A stretch of DNA of 64,000 bases from Patescibacteria group bacterium (GCA_028707065.1 JAQTUZ010000004.1:6656-70655), one strand, 5' to 3'. Positions 1-9,898 are shown, counted from the stretch's first letter. Notes: generated by a model from the letters alone, not told the origin. Translations and numbers: made by a program.

Positions 1-572
1 CGAGCCTGGCGAAAGCCGATAAGCCTTATAGTTTTTATAAAAATTTTACCGTGGGCGCCTGGTGCGGCAGCGGCGATCGGCGCCGTTTGGAAATACTTTT
101 GCAGTCGGCCAAGGCTTGCGTTAATCTTATTCCTAATTTCCGACTGGTGGTTATCGGCCAGGATACCTCGAGCGGAAATCTTAATTGGCTGATCAAGAAA
201 TTAGGGCTCGAGCGGCGAGTTTGGCTGGTGGGCGAACAAAAAAATCTGATCCAATGGTTTGCTGATCTGGATTTGTACGTTGTTTTGGCGGAAAATCCCG
301 GCTTGAATGATTTGGAGAGAGCGTTGATGGCCGCCTCCCGCGGCTTGCCCTTGCTCGGTTTTCCGACCAGGAATTTAACTGATATTATCATTGAGGGCCA
401 AAACGGTTTTATCTGCGAGGATGACCGCGCCGAAGCGCTCGCCCAAAAAATAATCGCGATTGAAGCAGACGAGCGGGCGCGGAAAAAAATGGGCGCCAAC
501 GGCCAGCAGCTGGTTTACCGGAATTTTGATAGGCAAAAACAACTTCAGCGGTTGAGAGAAATAATAGGTTAA
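1..572 (+). CDS. glycosyltransferase, C-terminal part (5' end lies outside the window)
   Basis: Frame 3 is open from the left edge to the stop at 570-572. The translation (…LPLLGFPTRNLTDIIIEGQNGFICEDD…) resembles the C-terminal half of GT-B/GT4-type glycosyltransferases. Confidence 0.6.
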   Translation, partial: SLAKADKPYSFYKNFTVGAWCGSGDRRRLEILLQSAKACVNLIPNFRLVVIGQDTSSGNLNWLIKKLGLERRVWLVGEQKNLIQWFADLDLYVVLAENPGLNDLERALMAASRGLPLLGFPTRNLTDIIIEGQNGFICEDDRAEALAQKIIAIEADERARKKMGANGQQLVYRNFDRQKQLQRLREIIG

Positions 573-717
573 AAAATAATCCGAACTTACGAAATATCCG
601 AATACTACGAACATTTTAACGAAAAGTTGTTCGGTTCGCAGAGTTCGTAGTATTCGGATATTTTGTAGGTTCGGATTGTGTGTTAGGCTTGTTATCATTA
701 ATAAAGCATTGATTATT

Positions 718-1659
718 ATGAAGTATAAAATAACCAAAGAAAACGCCGGACTACGCTTGGATTTGTTTTTAGTCCAAAAAACCAAAAAAACCCGCGGGCA
801 AGTTCAAAATTTAATCGGCGCGGGGCAAGTTTTGGTTAATGGAAAAGTTTTGAGCAATCATTACGCGTTAAAAGAAGGAGAAGTCGTTGAAATTAGAAAA
901 TTAGAAAATTTGAAAATTAGTAAAGATAAAAAAGAGGATCATTTGAAGCCCGAGATCGTTTTTGCCAATGATGAATTCATCGTGGTGAATAAGCCGGCCG
1001 GATTGATCGTCCATGGCGCGCCGCACATCAAGGGGCCGACGCTGGCCGATTGGCTGGTAAAAAAATATCCCGAACTTAAAAAAGTCGGGGAGGATAAAAC
1101 CCGTCCGGGCATCATGCATCGCCTGGATAAGGACGTCAGCGGCTTGTTGGTGATCGCGCGAACCAATAAATCTTTTGCCAATCTGAAAAAACAATTTCAA
1201 AAACGCGAAGTGGAAAAAGAATATACGGCGCTGGTTTATGGCGCGGTGGCCAAAGAGAATGATAAAATAAATTTTTCGCTGAAGCGCGCCGCCGGCGGAT
1301 ACCGGCAGGCGGCCGTTCCCGCCCGTTACGACTTTAAACAAAACTTTTCGGAATTGCGGGAAGCTTTTACCGAATTCCAAGTTTTGCGCCGCTTCGTCAA
1401 TTACACAATGCTGGCGGTAAAAATAAAAAGCGGGCGCAAGCATCAGATTCGCGTCCACCTTTTCGCTTATGGTTATCCGTTGGTGGGAGATAATTTATAT
1501 AGCACCAAGAAAACCCGCGAGCTGAACCGGAAAAATAATCTGGGCCGGATTTTTTTGGCGGCGAGCAAATTATCTTTCGCGGATCTGGCCGGAAAAAAGC
1601 ATTCTTTCCGCATCGGGTTGCCGCCGGAATTGGCCAGTTTTTTGCCGGGCATCAAATAG
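718..1659 (+). CDS. rluD: RluA/RluD-family 23S rRNA pseudouridine synthase
   Basis: N-terminal S4-like segment (GLRLDLFL…GQVLVNGK) and catalytic motif HRLDKDVSGLLVIA, followed by KHQIRVH. ATG at 718 is preferred over the upstream alternative start at 676. Confidence 0.9.
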   Translation: MKYKITKENAGLRLDLFLVQKTKKTRGQVQNLIGAGQVLVNGKVLSNHYALKEGEVVEIRKLENLKISKDKKEDHLKPEIVFANDEFIVVNKPAGLIVHGAPHIKGPTLADWLVKKYPELKKVGEDKTRPGIMHRLDKDVSGLLVIARTNKSFANLKKQFQKREVEKEYTALVYGAVAKENDKINFSLKRAAGGYRQAAVPARYDFKQNFSELREAFTEFQVLRRFVNYTMLAVKIKSGRKHQIRVHLFAYGYPLVGDNLYSTKKTRELNRKNNLGRIFLAASKLSFADLAGKKHSFRIGLPPELASFLPGIK

Positions 1660-1669
1660 CTTCCCCCTT

Positions 1670-1930
1670 TTATCGGAAAGGATCGGTAACGGAACTTGAC
1701 AGAGATGAGCTGGAAGTTTTTTGGTCGATATTTTCAACGAGTTTATCGAATTTGTTGACATCTACGGCTTGGGCGGCCATATTTTTTTGCAAGGCGAAAA
1801 CCGTTTGCGAGCCGGTTAGAGCGGGGTAAAAATCATTTTGCGCAAAGGAAAAAATGTAAACACCGGCGCCGAGCACGGCGCCGAGCAACAGAACTTTTAC
1901 ATAAGGTCTGATTTTTTTTGCGGAAATCAT
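1670..1930 (-). CDS. small single-pass membrane protein, last gene of the pilus cluster
   Basis: 86-aa ORF 16 nt downstream of pilO on the same strand, with an N-terminal TM helix (VKVLLLGAVLGAGVYIF). No recognisable family. Confidence 0.45.
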   Translation of the reverse strand: MISAKKIRPYVKVLLLGAVLGAGVYIFSFAQNDFYPALTGSQTVFALQKNMAAQAVDVNKFDKLVENIDQKTSSSSLSSSVTDPFR

Positions 1931-1945
1931 ATTTTTTTTCAGGTT

Positions 1946-2530
1946 TTATTGACCTTGCCAGTAGGTGAAGGCGGAAATTTGCGCCGCCAAAATTTTCTGC
2001 GGCGTGCTGGTCTCGGTCTTGATTGGCAGTTCCGAACCGATCGCGGTTATTTGCAGCGAATTTATATTGATGTATTTTTTAAGCGTTTCCAGATCGGTGA
2101 CAAAACCGATCAAACCGCTGAAGTTGCCGCTCACGTCGAGCCGCAAGGGGATCTGACTGTAAAATTTTCCCAAAGGAGTTTCCGCCCCCAGCTTGGCCTT
2201 TTCCGTCACTTTGTTTTTTTCGGCTGCCGCCTCCAATGAAGTTACAAAGGACAAAGAATCGCTTTTGCTGATAAAAATTTGTTCGATCTCTCCTATCCGG
2301 GGCGCGACGGCCTTGATATCGTCCTTTATTTTTTTTAAATTTTGCCCTTGCGCGTAATCTCTTTCCGCCGCGAGTCTTTGATTTTGCATTTGGACCTTGG
2401 TTGTTTCGACATTATTTACGGCCGGAATGATCAGCCAATAAAATAAAGCAAAGGCGGCGGCCAGAAAAGCGAGGACGCTCAAAGCGATTTTACTCGGATA
2501 AGTCAGGCGGGTTAAGATATTATTATTCAT
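1946..2530 (-). CDS. pilO: type IV pilus assembly protein PilO-like
   Basis: N-terminal TM helix, coiled-coil and C-terminal alpha/beta region, directly after pilN. ATG at 2528-2530 sits one nt from the pilN stop (2532-2534). I trimmed the ORF track's longer start. Confidence 0.6.
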   Translation of the reverse strand: MNNNILTRLTYPSKIALSVLAFLAAAFALFYWLIIPAVNNVETTKVQMQNQRLAAERDYAQGQNLKKIKDDIKAVAPRIGEIEQIFISKSDSLSFVTSLEAAAEKNKVTEKAKLGAETPLGKFYSQIPLRLDVSGNFSGLIGFVTDLETLKKYININSLQITAIGSELPIKTETSTPQKILAAQISAFTYWQGQ

Positions 2531-2531
2531 A

Positions 2532-3077
2532 TTAGTCGGAAGTAATTTTAAAGGCATCAAATTCCATGTCAATATCAAAATCAATTTTATTTTGGCTGAA
2601 TTTTTCTTCCAGCGGGACGTTGACGTTCTTGAGCCACGGCGCGTCTTTCAGGTTTTTTTCCAAATTAAGCAGATCGTCTCTGGTCATGGCCAACCCCCTC
2701 AGCTTAATGGTTTTCGCGTCCGAATCGATGTTTAAAAAAGACAAAGAAATATTATCCGGCATTAAAGCGGCGAGATGGCGGAGAATCCGCGCGTAGGAAA
2801 GATGGCTGTTTTCGATCTGGGCCACGGCCGCCATTTTTTCGTTTAATTCCCTGGCTTTGACATTGTAATCGGCGCTCGAAGCGTTGATCAATTTGGCCGT
2901 TTCCTGGCTTGATTGATAGATATTGGCAGAAAGCATTTTTTCCGCCGCAAAAACAATTACTCCCACGAGGATGGCGAGGATAAGCAAAATACTCTCTGCT
3001 TTGAGTAAGAGAAAATATAGCCGTTGATATTTAATTGTCTGTTTTGCTTCTTCAGCAAGCAAATTTAATCGAAGCAT
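2532..3077 (-). CDS. pilN: type IV pilus assembly protein PilN-like (fimbrial assembly)
   Basis: Characteristic N-terminus MLRLNLLAEE…, then a TM helix and a periplasmic domain. Lies between pilM and pilO. Confidence 0.65.
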   Translation of the reverse strand: MLRLNLLAEEAKQTIKYQRLYFLLLKAESILLILAILVGVIVFAAEKMLSANIYQSSQETAKLINASSADYNVKARELNEKMAAVAQIENSHLSYARILRHLAALMPDNISLSFLNIDSDAKTIKLRGLAMTRDDLLNLEKNLKDAPWLKNVNVPLEEKFSQNKIDFDIDMEFDAFKITSD

Positions 3078-3203
3078 ATTTAAGTTGGGGCAGTTTAAAT
3101 GTTTCCCTCCGCCCGTTTGCCAAAAGGTTGCGAGGGTCGGCGTCCGCCGGCGGGCGGATCATTCCGCGGCACGCGGGAACGCAAAATATTGCGTTCCTAC
3201 CAA

Positions 3204-4370
3204 TCATTCGTCAATAAAGATTCCGCGCAAGGCCAGGCCGATGGCCGTGGCATAGCAGAGGCTGACATCATGAGAAATTTTGATGGTTTTGCTTTCCTTG
3301 GCCTTGGTTTTTTTATTTTGTTCTTCGTCGAGAAAATCGGTGTTCAAACCGAAAGAGCGGTTAAATTGGCCAAAAAAATTTTTTTTGTTTCCCAGGAAAT
3401 TAACCAGGACATCGCCTCTGATCGTATTGATGCCGGTTTCCTTCCGGATCAGCTTGTCCAGATCTTTGATGTTGGCGCCGCCGCCGCATAAGATGATCTT
3501 TTCGATCGGCCCCCAGGCGGAAAAATGATGATTGAAAAAAGCCAGCGCTTCCGTGCATTTATCTTTCAGATCATCGGCCAGGTCGTCGATGATTTTTTTT
3601 GCCTCCGTTTCTTCGCTGTTATTTACCAGGCCGTAAAGGATTTTGACTTTTTCCGCCTGGGCATGATCGATCTCCAGCGCGGCGGCTATTTTTTGGGTTA
3701 TGGCTTCGCCGGAGATCGGCAGATTCACCGAGAAAAGAATGGTGTTTTTTGAATAAAAAGTGAGGCTGGCGTCAGTGGCGCCGATATCGACGATCGCACT
3801 ATTTTTATTAGCCGCGCCGCGGTAAGCCGGATTTTCCGATGACAAAAGACAGCGGCAAACGGAAATCGGTTCGGTTTCCACGACCGAGGCCAGAAGACGG
3901 CATTCTTTGAGCAATTCCTGATGGTCGTTGACTAATTTTTTGGGAGCGGCGCCGATCAAGACGAGATTCGAATGTCCGGAGTCGCCGATGATCTGCCAGT
4001 CGAATAACAAGTCGTCGATCGGCAGCGGAACGTGTTTTTCCAGCTCGCTCTTGACGGCCTTGTTTTTGTCCGAGCTTTGTTTGTCGATTTCCACGATTTT
4101 GAGAAAAGTTTTTCCTTCCGGCAGGCAAATTGCCGCCTCGCGGCCGGTAACTTTCCCCCACTCGGGATGAGCGACCAATTTTCTGATCGATTTAGCCAGC
4201 TCTTTCTGGTTGATGATCTCTCCGTTCGCCAAAAGACCCGGCGGAAGATCGATCTTTCCCAGGGCTTGGATTTTAATTTTTTTCCCCGTTTTTTTCAGCT
4301 GGACTAATTTTATCGATAAGTCGGAAATGTCCAGGCCGATCGGACTGGCGAAACCGCTAAGAAGTGACAT
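3204..4370 (-). CDS. pilM: type IV pilus assembly protein PilM (actin-like ATPase fold)
   Basis: 388 aa with PilM-type N-terminus (IGLDISDLSIKLVQLKK…) and later VDIGATDASL / ILCGGGANI phosphate-binding-like motifs. Confidence 0.8.
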   Translation of the reverse strand: MSLLSGFASPIGLDISDLSIKLVQLKKTGKKIKIQALGKIDLPPGLLANGEIINQKELAKSIRKLVAHPEWGKVTGREAAICLPEGKTFLKIVEIDKQSSDKNKAVKSELEKHVPLPIDDLLFDWQIIGDSGHSNLVLIGAAPKKLVNDHQELLKECRLLASVVETEPISVCRCLLSSENPAYRGAANKNSAIVDIGATDASLTFYSKNTILFSVNLPISGEAITQKIAAALEIDHAQAEKVKILYGLVNNSEETEAKKIIDDLADDLKDKCTEALAFFNHHFSAWGPIEKIILCGGGANIKDLDKLIRKETGINTIRGDVLVNFLGNKKNFFGQFNRSFGLNTDFLDEEQNKKTKAKESKTIKISHDVSLCYATAIGLALRGIFIDE

Positions 4371-4601
4371 AAAAGTTTTTTACGACAACTAATTTTAAAA
4401 ATCCAAAATTTAAAGCACGAAATCCAAAACAAGCACAAAATTTAAATAACAAAAAATTTAAACTTTCTTAATTTTAGATTTTGAGCTTTTAAATTTGTTT
4501 TGAATTTTGGATTCTGAGTTTTGGATTTAAAGAGTACACAGCATTTATGATTTCTTTGACCCGTTAAAATTATAGCACAAAAATTCGGTCAGAGGGGATA
4601 T

Positions 4602-6047
4602 TTATCGCACTTCCTGCCAGGAAAGGATGGTGTATTGGTCGGAGGTTTGAGGAAAGCTGGGCGGCGGCGAGTACAATAAGTGTTCGTCATAATTGATATT
4701 TCTGATCTGATAGCCGGTGCCGCCGACGTAGGCAAAACCATAGCGCAGGCTGGAAGCGATCATGCCATTGAGGGTTAAGGTCGATTTGATAGCGTCGGAA
4801 CCGCAGTAGCTTGAGCCGTTAGCGTAATAATAGCGGCCGGCGCGCCCGGTTTCGGCGACTAGCGCGGCGTCAATGGTTAAAATATTCTGGCTATACAATC
4901 CGACATTGATATTATTTTGGGCGATCAGCGAAATGACATCGCGTCCGTCATCGTTGGTGTAGCGCAGATTATTATTGATGGTAATGCTTTTTCGCGTGGC
5001 AGGGTCGTCGGGGAAAGCCGCCGCGGCAATGGTTACCCGGGCGGTATTGATCTGCCCCTCGACAAAAACATTATCCTCCAAAAAGATTATACCGTTGCCG
5101 GGGAAAGGATAGTTGCCCAAAAGAGTCTGCGTATTGACGCTCCAAGTGCCCCAGCCGGCTTGGTAGTTTCCGGCGTTAGTGCAGTTGCTTGACGGCGAGG
5201 CTTTGAGGACGGTGACTTGATAGAGGTCGAAGGTGTCATTGGTTTTTAAGATCAGATTATAACCCATGGCGCCGGAACCGGCGCGATAAAAACCATTGGC
5301 GACGGCGTCGGTTTTCATCTGCGCCAGATCAGCGGTCAGTCCGGTAAAGTCCACCGCTGGCACGGGAAATTGCCGGCCGGCCACAAAGACATCGGGTCGA
5401 TTGGGGACGGAAGCGGGGGGCACTGGATCGTACGAGCCGTGATGAGTGTAGACGCCGAACTCGTTTGATTTTATGTCAGAGTCATTATCGTAATACTGGG
5501 TCAGGGCGCTGGTGACCAGATTATAGGCGATGCCGTCGAAATGGATGCCTTTATTGGAACTGATCGGGCCCTGGACTATCGTGCCCTCGCCAAAGCGCAT
5601 ATTATCATTGGCGACGACGGCGAATTTGGCCAGCGAAGGCTTGGCCATTTTAGTTTCGATCACTCTTGAACCATGAAAATCACTGATAGTTTTTCCCGTC
5701 GAACGAACCGTGACAATGCTCGAGCCGATCAGCGGCGGCGTGATAGCCAGAGAAAAACTGCCGACCAGACCCCCGGCTTTATTATAAAATTGATGGACAT
5801 AAGGCCCTGGTCCGGCCGTGCCGTCTTGATAATCGGTCGGGGCGTGCGCCAAATGCCAGCGATAATATTCGCTGCCTGATTCGGCGATTTGAAAAGCCGC
5901 TTCGCGCTTCACCGCTTGTTGCGCCGCGCGCAGATTGATCATGGCCCAGCTGACGATTCCGCCCATGATGATCATGGCGATCGTCCCGAAAACGAGCACC
6001 AGCGGCAAGGTTATACCGTCTTGGTTATTGATTATTTTTAGCCTCAT
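4602..6047 (-). CDS. PilX-N-like large pilus-associated protein
   Basis: N-terminus MRLKIINNQDGITLPLVLVFGTIAMIIMGGIV…QIAESG resembles the PilX N-terminal hydrophobic segment. No G|FTLxE prepilin site. Large beta-rich C-terminal region. ATG at 6047 is preferred over TTG at 6068. Confidence 0.55.
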   Translation of the reverse strand: MRLKIINNQDGITLPLVLVFGTIAMIIMGGIVSWAMINLRAAQQAVKREAAFQIAESGSEYYRWHLAHAPTDYQDGTAGPGPYVHQFYNKAGGLVGSFSLAITPPLIGSSIVTVRSTGKTISDFHGSRVIETKMAKPSLAKFAVVANDNMRFGEGTIVQGPISSNKGIHFDGIAYNLVTSALTQYYDNDSDIKSNEFGVYTHHGSYDPVPPASVPNRPDVFVAGRQFPVPAVDFTGLTADLAQMKTDAVANGFYRAGSGAMGYNLILKTNDTFDLYQVTVLKASPSSNCTNAGNYQAGWGTWSVNTQTLLGNYPFPGNGIIFLEDNVFVEGQINTARVTIAAAAFPDDPATRKSITINNNLRYTNDDGRDVISLIAQNNINVGLYSQNILTIDAALVAETGRAGRYYYANGSSYCGSDAIKSTLTLNGMIASSLRYGFAYVGGTGYQIRNINYDEHLLYSPPPSFPQTSDQYTILSWQEVR

Positions 6048-6219
6048 AATATGATGCGAATACAACAAATTTTACGCGAATACAGCGAATAGATTTAACG
6101 AATTTTTTGGAGTAATTCGATAAGTAATTTGTAGTATTCGCGTCCGTTATTACTAATTCGTATGAGCCGCATTCGTAGTGCGGCGGACAAATCCGTAGTA
6201 TTCGTATTATGCGCCCAGC

Positions 6220-6843
6220 TTATAAATTATCCTTCAAATTCCTGATCGAGACTTGCGTGGAAAATCCCATCGCGGCCGGCGGCTGACTTGGATCATGATC
6301 GATCAGCACGTTTATTTTGATCAGCCGCACGGCGGAAATATTTATCGGCAGTGTCAGCGGAGCGGTCGTTCCGTCATAGGAGCTGTCATAGTAAGAAAAG
6401 ATCGGCGTTGCCGCCGGATTGACCACGTCGTTGATCAGGGCGGATGTTTTTTCATTGGCCGGATTATAAATCGGCGGATTGCCGGTCGGCTCGATGACCC
6501 CGATCCTTAAAATTTTGCCGCTCAAAAAATAGCGGATTTTTTCTTTTAAGCCGTCACGGTCGACATCCGAATAAAAAGAGAAATAAGTCGAGCTGGCGGT
6601 ATCAATAGTGTAGGCGCCGGCAGCCGATGGCGAAGCGCTGCGGATGTTAGCCAGCATCGAAGTAAAAGCGGCTCGAACTTCCATTTGGGCGTTAAGATTG
6701 CCGGTCAAAGCGTCGTTAGTTTTGATCGTATCGTTATATAAAGTTAAAGATCCCTGCAGGAGTATTAAAAAAATAAACATCGCGGCGAGCGTTTCCGCCA
6801 GCGTAAAGCCGGAAGATGATTTAATCGGCGGAAATCTGAACAT
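6220..6843 (-). CDS. prepilin-type N-terminal cleavage/methylation domain pseudopilin
   Basis: Class III signal MFRFPPIKSSSG|FTLAETLAAMFIFLILL, with Glu at +5. Confidence 0.75.
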   Translation of the reverse strand: MFRFPPIKSSSGFTLAETLAAMFIFLILLQGSLTLYNDTIKTNDALTGNLNAQMEVRAAFTSMLANIRSASPSAAGAYTIDTASSTYFSFYSDVDRDGLKEKIRYFLSGKILRIGVIEPTGNPPIYNPANEKTSALINDVVNPAATPIFSYYDSSYDGTTAPLTLPINISAVRLIKINVLIDHDPSQPPAAMGFSTQVSIRNLKDNL

Positions 6844-6864
6844 AAATATTTAAATTTTTTTGCC

Positions 6865-8664
6865 TTAATGGGGCATTAAAATGACTTGGTGCTGCTGCCA
6901 GGACGAGGAAGCGGTAATCGTTTCATGGCTGGGATCGAAACCCAATTTGGAAACATCCAGGGTATAATCAGCGTCGGTTAAGCCGTCAAATAGCACTTGT
7001 CCCGACGGCACGCAGAGCGAAGAAAAAGTAAAATCGACTTCGCCGACGTTGGGCGTGAAAGTCGAACTGGCAGTGGCCAGATAAATTTTGTAGCGGAAAT
7101 AGCGCTTGTTATTATTAATGGCGCTGATATTGGTGTCAGTGGCCGTGTAATAAGTTGAAGCGGTGCCGTCCGGCCCCTTAAAGTCCCAGGTTAAATTGTC
7201 ATTATTGGTGGCGAGCTGCAAGCGGACGCTCGAAGTGCCGGCGCTCTCCGGCTGATCGGTCGGTGAAAATTCCAGCTGATAAAAATTGCTGACCGAACCG
7301 GTATCGAACGTCGAAGAAGTCAGATCTCCGGCCGCGGCAAATAAGCCGGCATTGTTTTTTAATTTTATTTCTCCGGCCGGGTCAGCCGTTTCAATATTGC
7401 CGTCGGAGCTGGAATAAGAAGTTTGGTCGATAAAATTTTCCTGGCCCGAGCCGCCCGACCAATCAGACTGCCGCAAGAATCCCCGCCCGGTGATCAATTG
7501 TTTGGTCGAAGTTCCCAAAGACAATTCCACGGTGGCGCCGGAAAGCGGCTGGGTTGTGCCTCCTTGTTTGACGCTGACCAAAATACTATTGGGATTTTTG
7601 GGAGTGGCGACGATTTTTACCTCCTGGGTGCTGCCGGGCGCGAGCGAGAGAGGAATCGGGGAGATCGAACCGGCCAAATCGCGGGTAGTATCGGTGAAAG
7701 TCAGGGTGTAGGTGTCCCACTCGAGATCGTTGATGATTTTTAATCCGGTCCCGTCGGTGGTAAAATCATTTTGATATTTTAAAACATCGGGAGAGCCGAT
7801 CAGTTTGCTCCCCCGCAAATTAAAGGCGATATTGGCTACTGGCGCGCAAGTTTGAGTGACGCTTTCAATGTTAAGCGTCGCGACTCGGTCGATCATAAAA
7901 CTGGTTTGTGTTACTTGCTGGGTGAGGACGGTCGCGTCCGGCATCGTCGGACTGGGATTAGTGGAAGAGCCCATCGGATAGGTCCGGTCTTGCGAATAGC
8001 CGCTTTTGCTGACGAAGATTTTATAGACGTTGGCGCCCGGCGGCACGTCGACGATCGTGAGAATGCCGTCGTTGTTGGTGACATCATTGATTATTCTCGG
8101 CGGCTCGGCCTCGTTGTTTTCGATGTGGACTTCAGCTTCCGGCACCGGCTGGCCGTTGGCGTCAAAAACGCGGACAAAAAGCGCGCCGTTGGTGGTGGAA
8201 TTTTCCAAATTTTTCGGGGCGATGTATTCGGTGTAAATCTGCGCCGGAAAGCGGGAATTGCCGGGCACGGAAATTTTCAGTTCCATCCGCTTATAGTCGG
8301 CCGGCGAAGTATCATTCGGAGTGCCGCCGATGGTTCCGTCGAACGGATCATCAATATTGCTTATGAATGTTTCTACCAGAAAATTAAAATTATCGCGCGC
8401 GATATTTTGCAGGGGCGGTATTTTTCCGAGCGGGATGCCGCTCAACAGGCCGACATCGGCATAAGGCAGGTTGTGGGCGATTTCGAATTGCTCATTGGCT
8501 AACGCGGCGGAGGAGACGAGCATTCTTGATGTTTCAACCAAGCGGGCCGCCATTTCAAACGCCCCGTAAATACCTACGGTGAAAAGCAAAAAAACCGCCA
8601 GGCCCACGATACCTTCGATCAGAGTAAAACCGGCGGCGCTTGATTTTAGTTTGGGTTTTTTCAT
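6865..8664 (-). CDS. giant (600 aa) prepilin-type pseudopilin with carboxypeptidase-regulatory-like beta-sandwich region
   Basis: Start MKKPKLKSSAAG|FTLIEGIVGLAVFLLF at 8664. The 767-aa ORF-track call runs 504 nt further into pilC and was trimmed. An internal segment (FVRVFDANGQPVPEAEVHIEN…GILTIVDVPPGANVYKIFVSKSGY) looks CarboxypepD_reg-like. Confidence 0.7.
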   Translation of the reverse strand: MKKPKLKSSAAGFTLIEGIVGLAVFLLFTVGIYGAFEMAARLVETSRMLVSSAALANEQFEIAHNLPYADVGLLSGIPLGKIPPLQNIARDNFNFLVETFISNIDDPFDGTIGGTPNDTSPADYKRMELKISVPGNSRFPAQIYTEYIAPKNLENSTTNGALFVRVFDANGQPVPEAEVHIENNEAEPPRIINDVTNNDGILTIVDVPPGANVYKIFVSKSGYSQDRTYPMGSSTNPSPTMPDATVLTQQVTQTSFMIDRVATLNIESVTQTCAPVANIAFNLRGSKLIGSPDVLKYQNDFTTDGTGLKIINDLEWDTYTLTFTDTTRDLAGSISPIPLSLAPGSTQEVKIVATPKNPNSILVSVKQGGTTQPLSGATVELSLGTSTKQLITGRGFLRQSDWSGGSGQENFIDQTSYSSSDGNIETADPAGEIKLKNNAGLFAAAGDLTSSTFDTGSVSNFYQLEFSPTDQPESAGTSSVRLQLATNNDNLTWDFKGPDGTASTYYTATDTNISAINNNKRYFRYKIYLATASSTFTPNVGEVDFTFSSLCVPSGQVLFDGLTDADYTLDVSKLGFDPSHETITASSSWQQHQVILMPH

Positions 8665-8666
8665 AA

Positions 8667-9812
8667 CTAGATCACTGACGTCAGAGAATACATCGGCATA
8701 ATGATGGCCACGGCGATCGCTCCGACGCCAAGGCCTAAAAGCAAAATCAAAACCGGTTCGATGATCGAAGGAAGATTTTGCATGGTTTGATCGACTTCGC
8801 CCTCGTAGAATTCCGCCAGGTCGGCCAAAATATTGCTCACCTCGCCGGTTTGTTCGCCGACCGTGATCATTTGCGTGACCATGGGCGGGAAAAAACGCGG
8901 ATAATTCTTGATGATCTCGTTGATCTGCCCGCCTTTTTTTATTTGTTCGCTGATTTCCAGTATCACCCGGCGGTAATGATGATTGGAGACGACGTTGGCG
9001 GTGATGCGGAAGGCATTGACGATCATCACGTCGGTTTTTAAAAGAGAGCCGGCCGTGCGCGAGAAGCGGGCCAGATTGATTTTTTTGGTGATCGGCCCGA
9101 TGATCGGCAGCCGCAAAATGATTCCCTGAAAAAAATATTGGCCTTTTTCCGTGCGGAGTACGGCCCAAATCGCGAAGATCAGGACCAGCGCGCCGGCCAG
9201 GGACAATAACCAGTTATTGGCCAAAAAATTGCTGGTGTCGATCAGTATTCTGGTTAACAGCGGCAGCGGAACATTGCTTTCGGTAAAAACCGAAGTTATT
9301 TTGGGAATGACGAAAATCATCATGAAAATTCCGATGCCGATCATCGCCATGACCACGATCAGCGGATAGGTCATCGCCCCCTTGATCCGCGAAGTCAGTT
9401 CGTACTGTTTTTTGGTTTGCAAATGAAGCTGGGCGAGCACCTCTTCCAATTTGCCCGAAACTTCTCCGGAACCGATCATATTGATAAAAAGTTCGTTAAA
9501 AACCCGGGGATACATTTTCATGCTTTCGCTCAAGCTCGAGCCTTGCTCCAGTTTCAGGGCGACCTGTTTGATGATCCGGGAAAAGTTTTTGCTTTCGGTC
9601 TGCTCGGCCAAGGTGCGGAAAGAAGCCAGCACCGGAATGCCGGCCTTGATCATTACCGAAAGATTTTGGATGAAGACCAGTTTTTCCCGGATACTGACGC
9701 CCTGCAAATCGAACCATAAGTCTCCCAAGGTCCGGGAAAAAGATTTTTTTTCTTCGGCGGTTTGACCCAAATTCTGCGGGTTTATTTTTTTGTCGGGCTT
9801 GAATAAAGACAT
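8667..9812 (-). CDS. pilC: type IV pilus platform protein PilC (GspF family)
   Basis: 381 aa with two GspF-type repeats, three TM segments and a typical C-terminus (…PVLILLLGLGVGAIAVAIIMPMYSL). Confidence 0.9.
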   Translation of the reverse strand: MSLFKPDKKINPQNLGQTAEEKKSFSRTLGDLWFDLQGVSIREKLVFIQNLSVMIKAGIPVLASFRTLAEQTESKNFSRIIKQVALKLEQGSSLSESMKMYPRVFNELFINMIGSGEVSGKLEEVLAQLHLQTKKQYELTSRIKGAMTYPLIVVMAMIGIGIFMMIFVIPKITSVFTESNVPLPLLTRILIDTSNFLANNWLLSLAGALVLIFAIWAVLRTEKGQYFFQGIILRLPIIGPITKKINLARFSRTAGSLLKTDVMIVNAFRITANVVSNHHYRRVILEISEQIKKGGQINEIIKNYPRFFPPMVTQMITVGEQTGEVSNILADLAEFYEGEVDQTMQNLPSIIEPVLILLLGLGVGAIAVAIIMPMYSLTSVI

Positions 9813-9898
9813 CGAAAGATAAGTAAAAAATAAAAAACCAAAAGTAAAAAATTAATTCTAAATAATTTTTTGTTTTTTGTTTTTTACTTTTTGTTTTA

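Noticed and set aside
3099-3528. Plus-strand ORFs 3099..3491 and 3280..3528 opposite the pilM 3' end and the pilM-pilN spacer.
   Set aside because: They are antisense to pilM and cross the GC-rich hairpin spacer. They have no SD and an implausible composition.
8665-9168. N-terminal 168 codons of the 767-aa ORF-track call (6865..9168, minus strand), an Arg/His-rich sequence overlapping pilC.
   Set aside because: It lies entirely inside the well-supported pilC gene in another frame. It has an implausible composition (RRDDRQCLPHHRQRR…). A textbook prepilin start (MKKPKLKSSAAG|FTLIEG) occurs at 8664, 2 nt after the pilC stop.
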